DNA from: the human T2T-CHM13v2.0 reference genome, Homo sapiens
Reading direction: 5' to 3' (one strand)
Assembly (NCBI RefSeq): GCF_009914755.1
Contig: NC_060932.1
Length of the DNA: 64,000 bases
Below, in pieces: positions 54,218-64,000 of this stretch (within the stretch, counting starts at the first letter, position 1; every line of letters starts with the position of its first letter). The notes under the pieces were generated by a model. It was not told the origin of the DNA. It saw nothing but the letters and a program-made list of their open reading frames with translations, and did not search any database. The translations under genes and the position numbers were made by a program.

Positions 54218-54392
54218 GTAAGACCTCCATATTACTTATAAAAATTTTCAAAGTACATAAATGGTATATCCATCAAGATTTTATTAATTTGAACATTTTT
54301 AGAATGGAAAAAATTTTGTCATTAGGCTATATATAATGAACTACAACTGCTTTTATATTATTTAAGTTATTTAGGTATTTTTTTCTTTGTAG

Positions 54393-54453
54393 CCCAAATT
54401 GTTTCTTGTGAAGTAAGATTAAGAGATCAGTGCAAAGGAACAACCTGCAATAG
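54393..54453 (+). CDS. CRISPLD1: CRISPLD1 exon 8 (61 nt), start of LCCL1
   Basis: TGTAG|CC; SQIVSCEVRLRDQCKGTTCN(R); AG|GTAATA; phase 1 to 2. Confidence 0.94.
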
Positions 54454-54558
54454 GTAATATTTGTTATTATTTTGAAAATTAATTGAATATAATAAATATT
54501 TTTATTTTGTACTGACATTCAGAGAAACTAAATTTTGTGCCCAATTACTTTTATTTAG

Positions 54559-54625
54559 GTACGAATGTCCTGCTGGCTGTTTGGATAGTAAAGCTAAAGT
54601 TATTGGCAGTGTACATTATGAAATG
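54559..54625 (+). CDS. CRISPLD1: CRISPLD1 exon 9 (67 nt), LCCL1
   Basis: TTTAG|G; YECPAGCLDSKAKVIGSVHYEM; ATG|GTAAGT; phase 2 to 0. Confidence 0.95.
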
Positions 54626-54831
54626 GTAAGTGTTATAAATGTAATTATTTGAGGATAGAGTCATTCCATGTAATATTTGATTTTTATTGTGCAAAATAAC
54701 ACCTTACATAAGTATAGATATTTTGCTCAGAAATGTTTATTTAATTGAAAGTCACATAAGTGGTAAATAGTTGGGACTTATGCAGAACTCTAATATTTTT
54801 AACATCTTTTTATCTCCTCCTTTTTTCCAAG

Positions 54832-54962
54832 CAATCCAGCATCTGTAGAGCTGCAATTCATTATGGTATAATAGACAATGATGGTGGCTGGGTAGATATC
54901 ACTAGACAAGGAAGAAAGCATTATTTCATCAAGTCCAATAGAAATGGTATTCAAACAATTGG
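54832..54962 (+). CDS. CRISPLD1: CRISPLD1 exon 10 (131 nt), LCCL1 core
   Basis: CCAAG|CAA; [43 protein letters not shown](G), containing the LCCL motif SSICRAAxHxG; GG|GTAAGT; phase 0 to 2. Confidence 0.95.
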
Positions 54963-55725
54963 GTAAGTACCAAAATAATCTTTTGGACCAGATAATTTTA
55001 AATTGTAACAGTGAGCTAACACATTTTTTTTTAGAGCAAAGCATAGAATAATTTAAGAAGAAAGAATTTGGTTATTTTCAAGGTTCATTTTAGCTTGTAG
55101 TTTTCTTAGACAAAAAGAAGATAACGCATTTAAGGTCAAAGTTGAACTCTTTTGCTTTTAATGGGCATGCTAAAACTCCAAATTTTTGAGTTTCATTAAA
55201 AATGTATAAATTTACAGTTAATTCCCAGTGTAAAGCAATACATTTTTTAGCTTGACAGAAAATACCCTGAGAAGGGTAAGTAATTTGCATATTCTTCCTG
55301 TCCTATTTAGGGAAAATGGCTTATTTCATGCAACAGTAACTTTGTTGATAAGATAAATTACATTAGAGAAAAGAGCATTTTGAAAAGTTCTCTAAATATG
55401 TATTATGCTATGTCATCTTTCTTTTGTCCATTTAAAAGTATCCCAATATAAAAGCATTTAATTTTATTAATGTTTCTCCTATTAGGTGTACCAAATACCT
55501 TATTCGAAAACACTGTACATTTTTACATGTACCGTATAGAAAGTAGAAAAATGGGGGCTTTTGAAATACCTCTTTAGTGTCTTTTTTTCCCTCTAAGTAA
55601 AACAGTAAACATTACTGAAGTTCATACAGAACTCCTTTTCTTAGGAAATTTGACATTGTCTCTTTTGTTACAATACAGTTGCATGAAACTTCACAGTGGG
55701 GTTAAGTTAGAATTAATAACTATAA

Positions 55726-56115
<390 letters not shown>

Positions 56116-56176
56116 TAAAAGGCTTGAAGGGTGGTTTTTAGCTGTTAGTGATAACTCTTTTTAGCCAAAAAAAAAA

Positions 56177-56403
56177 TTTTTTTTAAAGACAGTCTCACAA
56201 GTTCAACTTTTCCTGCCTCAGCCTCCCAAGTAGCTGGGACTACAGGCACGTGCCACCATGTCCAACTAATTTTTGTTATTTTTAGTAGAGATGGGGTTTC
56301 ATCAGGTTGGCGAGGCTGGTCTCAAACTCCTGACCTCAAGTGATCCACCAGCCTCAGCCTCCCATAGTGCCAGGATTACAGGCGTGAGCCACCACACTTG
56401 GCC
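56177..56403 (-). mobile_element. Alu with a partly deleted right arm
   Basis: CCTGCCTCAGCCTCCCAAGTAGCTGGGACTACAGG...GTGAGCCACCACACTTGGCC. Confidence 0.85.
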
Positions 56404-57381
56404 TGAAGTTCTATAGAAATATTCATTAATTAACCTATTAACTTGGAAAACATTTATTACTTTCAATAAGTAATAAATATTAGTTATTAGCTTTAGTAAG
56501 CCAAGCAGTGGGTGTTCTGTTAAAGGACATTTATCCTGTTATTTACTTCTTTTCCTCTTACTTTTTAGTTATCTCTATTATAGAAATTCTCTTGAAACTT
56601 GAAGGCTATATTTAATAGATTGTATATTTTATGCCTCAAAGAATGTTATTTCTTTTGGACACGTTATAGATGATGAATATTAAATACAGAATTTGAAGCT
56701 GATGGAAATAAAGAATTGTTGAAACTTTACACCTTCAGTTCTGAGCTAATGTATTCAGAGAGTGTACCATGTTAAAGTACCATCACAAATAAGCCTTACC
56801 TTTTGCAATAGATGTTATATAAACCTATTAAAATTTTGATGTATAATTATGTGCCTAATCTTATATTTCAGCTTTTTAATAATGCATGTGATGAGGAGAA
56901 GTTTATTCATTTTACTGTATAATTTTGCTAGATACTAGGGGGAACAAAAAAGGAATAATGGACGCTCCCTTAGTTACTTATTATTTTGTAGTCTTTTCAC
57001 AACATTGTCTTGTATTTCCTGTTGTGAAAGACTAAATAGTTTGGTCCCGTGGAGGCAGGAAATTAGTATGTGAGGGTTTTAATTTTGATAGGAACCAAAT
57101 ATATTTTTTATATATATATATAGTTCTATGCTATTATCTATATGTTTTTGAGATCAATAATGAAAAGAGATTACCGGAAGAATGGTGTTGATTTGGTTAA
57201 TACCTGATGGTAATATGGATTTAGCATAAAACTGATGATGTATTCTTATATTGCTACTTGTCTATTTTAGTAAGTGTTTAAAAAGAAAATTAAGTGTTCA
57301 TAGACTTGAAAGATACCAGAAATGATGCTGCTGCTGATGCCTATATGAAAATAATTAACATTTCTGTATTTTTACCTTCAG

Positions 57382-57425
57382 CAAATATCAGTCTGCTAAT
57401 TCCTTCACAGTCTCTAAAGTAACAG
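57382..57425 (+). CDS. CRISPLD1: CRISPLD1 exon 11 (44 nt), end of LCCL1
   Basis: TTCAG|C; KYQSANSFTVSKVT; G|GTTAGC; phase 2 to 1. Confidence 0.92.
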
Positions 57426-57518
57426 GTTAGCACATTCTTCATCTTATTTTCTTAGTACTGTGTAGTATGTTACTGCTTTCAAAGGATTCACTCATTGTTT
57501 TGTGTTTTAATTCTTCAG

Positions 57519-57591
57519 TTCAGGCTGTGACTTGTGAAACAACTGTGGAACAGCTCTGTCCATTTCATAAGCCTGCTTCACATTGCCCAAG
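57519..57591 (+). CDS. CRISPLD1: CRISPLD1 exon 12 (73 nt), start of LCCL2
   Basis: TTCAG|TT; VQAVTCETTVEQLCPFHKPASHCP(R); AG|GTAAAC; phase 1 to 2. Confidence 0.94.
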
Positions 57592-57841
57592 GTAAACCAG
57601 TGTACACATAGGGGGCTTTGGCCCTGTGATAACTGTTTTTGCCTGAAATTCTGATGTCTCTGGGATTCAAAAGTTGTATAATCTTGAACTTCTAAGCAGG
57701 AGGGAGCAATGAAACATCATAAACTACATGCACTCCAGGCAGGCCTAGTGTACTTTCTCAAAATGCAAAAGTATTCTCTGCTATTTCATAATGTCAGGGT
57801 TTATGCATGTAATCTGTATGTTCATCTGTGATACAAAGAGT

Positions 57842-58222
57842 GCCTTATTAGTCTGCTGTGGCTGCTGTAACAAAATAGCATAGACTGGGTGGTGTAAACA
57901 TGAGGAATTTATTTCTCACAGTTCTGGAGGTTGAGAAGTTCAAGATCAAGGTGCTGGCTGATTCAGTTCCTGATGAGGGCTCTCTTCCTGGTCTACAGAT
58001 GGCCACCTTCTCTGTGTCCTCACATGGTGGAGGGAGAAAGAGAGCTCACTCTCTTACATCCCTTCTTGTAAGGACACTAATCCTATTGGATGAGGACCCT
58101 ACCCTTATGACCTCATTTAACATTAATTACCTTCATAAAGGCCCTGTCTCCAAGTTAGTCAAATTGGGGATTGAGACTTCAACATATGAACTTTGAAGGG
58201 ACAAAATCATTCAGTTCATAAC
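57842..58222. mobile_element. MLT1A-type MaLR solo LTR
   Basis: GGCTGCTGTAACAAAATAGCATAGACTGGGTGG...TTTATTTCTCACAGTTCTGGAGG...CATTCAGTTCATAACA. Confidence 0.85.
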
Positions 58223-59816
58223 AATTTCTTACAACAGAAACTAAAGTGGCATAACTCATATTTTAACATCATTATCCAGTTTTTTAAATTAGATCAATCT
58301 GATTGCATTTGGTAAGTTAAAAAGCCCATCTTTACCTTTCTTTTATTTTTGTTTCTTAATATTCTCTTTTACAAGATTATAATGGAATTTATATACTATA
58401 AAATAATGAAAAAAGCTTTATTTATCTTGGCCAAGCTAAGATGAAAACTGTTAGAAGTATTATGGTTTAATCCATAATCAGTAGCTAGGAAAAATAAAGT
58501 ATGTCTCCATATATCCAGTCTTAGTTCTACACACACTATTTCCATTAATGCAAATATCCACACTACTTTTAAAAACTAGTAATGAGATTTAAAGATATCA
58601 TTGTAATTTGACAAAACATTTTAGTCTAAAAACTTAAGGAGCTTAATTTTTATGGAAAAGTTTATCTACTTTGGAAAAACATCATTACTTACCCTTTTGA
58701 AATGAAAGCAATGTTTCACTTAAAGAATGGGATTGGCTGTTCACAAGGTATATAACGGAATCTTTATAGCGGAAGACTGTGATCTTCATATAACAGAGTA
58801 CTTCATTTTCTGTCAGTTTCTAAGTTACAGATGTGATATAAACAATAAATGTCCTCACATACAAATAGCCTGTTTCCTTTCAAATCATTTGTCTCTACTA
58901 ATGCAAGAGTGCTGTTGTAATATTTTTGGTCAGCTAACTTGGTGCATGCTAATTGAGAATTTTAAAATTCTTCAGCTTGTGCGTTTGCTGAAATCAGCAG
59001 ATTACCAAGTATGTAGGATAATTTGAGGACCTCTTACTGGGTGAAGTGCATCATATACTTTTTACCATTTGACCACCAATGAATTATATGCTGAATATTT
59101 TTGTGATAAAAATACAATCTCCTGTTACTAGAGCTTGACTAATTATCCTCTTATAAGGCTCACATATTTGATTAGATCATTGTTTGCTCTGTAGTCTTAG
59201 TCAATTTTGGAGAAATATTTTTTTCAGAATTCTCAAGACCCCTACACTTACAGATTGCAGTTTTATAGAAAAAAGTAAAGATGTATTGCTAGGTGAAGCT
59301 GGTAAATTTTAGCATCATAATATGTGAAAAAAACCCAGGAACTTTAGAATTTAAATTTATAAATATGTATTAAATACCTACTAAGTACGAATATTATGCC
59401 TAGCCTTATGTCAGCCATGTGACTAGGTTTATGAGGACCAAATAATAAGGAGGGTCTCTGTAGAGCATTCTAACATAAAGGCTCTCACTAGTAGATGCTC
59501 AATAAAGGGTAATTTTATAACTACAAAACAAACTATATCAATATTATTACAAAAGGGATAAATCAAGTAAAGCATTAATAAACAAGCTCCCTATTTCTTG
59601 GCTTGTTTCAGAAAGCAAAACATCGAAATAAGGAAAATGATATAAATTTTTAAAATTCATTTTAGCCTTTACTGTTACCAACATAATAAATCCATAGAAA
59701 TGACAATTTATGCATAATATTGACCTTAAGTAGTCTGAAAAGCTTCTCCCTTTTTTTTTATTTCAGTGAAACAAAATTGTCATTTGTTTCTCCTGTGTAA
59801 AATTTGTAATAGTTTT

Positions 59817-60124
59817 GGCCAGGCGTGGTGGCTCACGCCTGTAATCCCAGCACTTTGGGAGGCTGAGGTGGGTGGATCACGAGGTCAGGAGATCGAGACC
59901 ATCCTGGCTAACACGATGATACCCCATCTCTACTAAAAATACAAACAAAAATTAGCCGGGCGTGGGGGCGGGTGCCTGTAGTCCCAGCTACTCCAGAGGC
60001 TGAGCAGGAGAATGGCGTGAACCCGGGAGGCCGAGCTTGCAGTGAGCTGAGATTGCGCCACTGCACTCCAGCCTGGGCGAAAGAGCGAGACTCTGTCTCA
60101 GAAAAAAAAAAAAAAAAGAAAAAA
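59817..60124 (+). mobile_element. AluY SINE
   Basis: GGAGATCGAGACCATCCTGGCTAACACG and GGAGAATGGCGTGAACCCGGG. TSD AAAATT(T)GTAATAGTTT on both sides. Confidence 0.92.
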
Positions 60125-60561
60125 AATTGTAATAGTTTCATAAACTGGGTTATAATGATATTATTTATATGACAGGTTATAACTTTTAGGGAACCATGTA
60201 GTTGGTATATTTCTTTTAGAATTTCATATGACTTAAGTAGGCTGAGGCATAGTCTATTCTGGAGAAAAAATGACAATAAATAAATTAATGAAATTAGCTC
60301 AAGAAGACCTTGAAGAAACAAGATTCCTGCAAGTCATGTCCTTGAAAGTTTCCATGTCTGGTAGAACAATTCAAAATAAACTATCTAACTATTATTTAGT
60401 AACCATTTGGTGGCTATGTAGTAATTATTACTTAGTGTCTTATAAAAATTATAAGAAATGTTATCCAGTTTTACATATACCTACAAACAATTAGATCTTT
60501 AAAATTTATTGAATGCTCAAGATGTAAAAGTAGATATTAAAGTATGTCAGCATTTTCATTC

Positions 60562-60616
60562 AAAGTTTACCGGCAAATTGTAGGTAAAAAAAAAAAAAAA
60601 AAAAAAAGTTTACCGG
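60562..60616 (+). mobile_element. Micro-retroinsertion: 12 nt plus poly(A) between 12-bp direct repeats
   Basis: AAAGTTTACCGG (60562-60573), CAAATTGTAGGT, A run 60586-60607, AAAGTTTACCGG (60605-60616). Confidence 0.65.
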
Positions 60617-61300
60617 ACCAGTACCTACCTTCTCAGTAGTATGTAACAAGCTGTTAAAAACAGATTGGAATACAAACAAGCAAAAAACTTCCCCCAATCT
60701 TTGTTTTACCTGAACTCATCTAAGTAGAAACTAACTCAACTTGGACTACTGACTTTGGCATTCCACAAACCAGCAGCTGAATATGGGCAAGATAAAGTTT
60801 GCAGAGCATGCAGAGCAAGTGATTTTAACAGCCATAAGGATGACGGTGAATGCCTAGCAGTTCTCAAATACAGTAAGATCAGTTTCCAGTCAAAGGGGAC
60901 ACCCTTCTTCCTGCAGAAACCCCAAACAGCATCTTTTATAACAATCAAGCCTTTAATTCAAAGTTATAGAAACTCAGATGGATTTATTATATTTAAATGG
61001 TTCTGGTTTCCATGTTATGTGAAGTATATACACTCTAGAATATACAGTGTTATACAAATTTTAGAAATAAAAACTATAACTATTTCTTAGAAATGTTATA
61101 TTCTAAGATCTTCCTATGTTAAGGAAGATCTGCTTCAATTGGCAAGGGTAGTTTCAACTGAAGTATATTTAGAATACTTTTAGGAAAATTGTTGATGCTA
61201 TCATCCACTAATGATTATCATGTAGTTATGTTAACAGTCTCATTTACTACTTAAAATTGTGTGTTTTCCAGTTTTAGTTTGTGTTTCCTTTTAGTGATGA

Positions 61301-61325
61301 GTGCGTGTGTGTGTGTGTGTGTGTG
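61301..61325. repeat. (TG)n microsatellite
   Basis: GTGCGTGTGTGTGTGTGTGTGTGTG. Confidence 0.9.
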
Positions 61326-61499
61326 AATGCAGACGAGCCACTTGATTAAAAGTAAAGTGCCATTTGACAGTTTCTTGAACTTTGAGAGTAGATTTTTTAA
61401 AATATCATGTGATTGATTAAATATTGATAATTGGATCCTACGTTTAAATAAAAAGCTTTTGGTCATATTGTATTAGAGCCTGAACAACAAAAAAAGTGT

Positions 61500-62700
<1,201 letters not shown>

Positions 62701-63058
62701 AGGCAGACAATGATTCAGATTTTCCAAGTTATTGGTTTACTAAATTCTACAGATACATTGGGTACCAACTTCTCAGATACATTGAGATGCTTTCTGATGT
62801 TTCTTTTGGCTTCAAATCCCCACATTAGAAAGCTTCCTAACTAATTTTTTTTAAATGACATTTATGCCAAAAGATAGATAAACAGAAGCAATTGTGTCTA
62901 CTGCTTGGGCTTGTACAATTGACCTATTTCAGGAGAAAAAATGAGTAGGGTTTAGAATGTTGAGCTTACTTTGTGTATGCATATCTGTGGTTTTACTAAT
63001 AAGAAAGACTTAAGTAACCAGCTTACTTAATATATATATAATATATTATTTTTTTCAG

Positions 63059-63134
63059 AGTATACTGTCCTCGTAACTGTATGCAAGCAAATCCACATTA
63101 TGCTCGTGTAATTGGAACTCGAGTTTATTCTGAT
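63059..63134 (+). CDS. CRISPLD1: CRISPLD1 exon 13 (76 nt), LCCL2
   Basis: TTCAG|A; VYCPRNCMQANPHYARVIGTRVYSD; GAT|GTAAGT; phase 2 to 0. Confidence 0.95.
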
Positions 63135-63636
63135 GTAAGTATCCTAATTTATACAGCTGTCAACATTCATGTATATATATAAATGTATAGACACATTTAA
63201 ATGTGTATATGTACATTTATATACAGAGCGAAGAAACAGACTTTGTTAATGTGTGTTCTCAGAAGAGTTAAACATCCATATCACTGAAAAATTAATATCC
63301 ATATGTACAATAAGAGTGTATAATTATTTGACAAAATTTTTCTTCACTTTCTCCCCATATGTTTTATATAAGACACATAATGAAATAGTCTGTAGTTATT
63401 GTTGGGAAGGAAAATGTGTTTTGTTTTTCTTTTGATTCTTTAGTATTTGAAGTCTGAACTGGATAATTAAGAATTTGTCAAAAGTTGAAACAATATCTTC
63501 ACTGCCAAACGGCCATTTAAAATGTAGCATAGAGTCATAGAGATGCTACATTGAAATATATGCAAAAGAGAACTAGTTGAGGGGATGTTGTAAGAGATGA
63601 CTTTAGTGGGTTGGACAAGGAATGTGAGCTGTGATG

Positions 63637-63857
63637 GCCCAGGCTGGAGTTCAGTGGCATGATCATATCTCAGTTTAACCTCAAACTCGGGCTCAAGTGA
63701 TCCTCCTGCCTCAGCCTCCCAAGTAACTAGAAGAACAAATACATGACACCATGCCTGGCTCTTTTTCTATTGTTGTAGAGATGGGGTCTCACTGTGTTGC
63801 CCAGGCTGGTGTGGCCTCAAGCAGTCCTCCTGCCTTGGCCTTCCAAGGTGCCAGGCC
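63637..63857 (-). mobile_element. Partial AluJ
   Basis: GCCCAGGCTGGAGTTCAGTGGCATGATCAT...GGGCTCAAGTGATCCTCC. Confidence 0.8.
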
Positions 63858-64000
63858 TGTTAAGTGCTTGTTGAGCCAGGTTTTTAGTGTTGGTTGCTAA
63901 AGAGGATCAGGGAACGTGTTCTAGTGGGATAAGTGACATTTACAAAGTAACGGAGTTAAGAGTCAATGAGCTGTACATCAGACTAGCAGATAGCTTTGTC

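Overview
Human (primate) genomic DNA, AT-rich and repeat-rich, with human-specific AluYb8-type elements. It contains ~22 kb of upstream sequence, the CpG-island promoter and the first 13 exons of CRISPLD1 (secreted CAP/SCP-domain protein with two LCCL domains) on the + strand. One non-coding first exon and 12 coding exons with GT-AG boundaries splice into an uninterrupted 440-codon frame; the last exons lie beyond the window. The rest is Alu, L1, L2, MIR, LTR and DNA-transposon sequence. I found no convincing new biological system and no CRISPR array. The most interesting observations: (1) a near-identical inverted pair of young AluYb8 elements ~1.3 kb apart, one nested in the tail of an older Alu; (2) a 12-nt + poly(A) micro-retroinsertion with a perfect target-site duplication (TSD); (3) a 5'-inverted (twin-primed) L1; (4) an unexplained ~520-bp insert splitting an L2; (5) clusters of perfect inverted repeats; (6) several tandem splice acceptors; (7) intron-phase evidence for tandem duplication of the LCCL module. 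Repeat subfamily names and the edges of old repeats were assigned by eye and are approximate.
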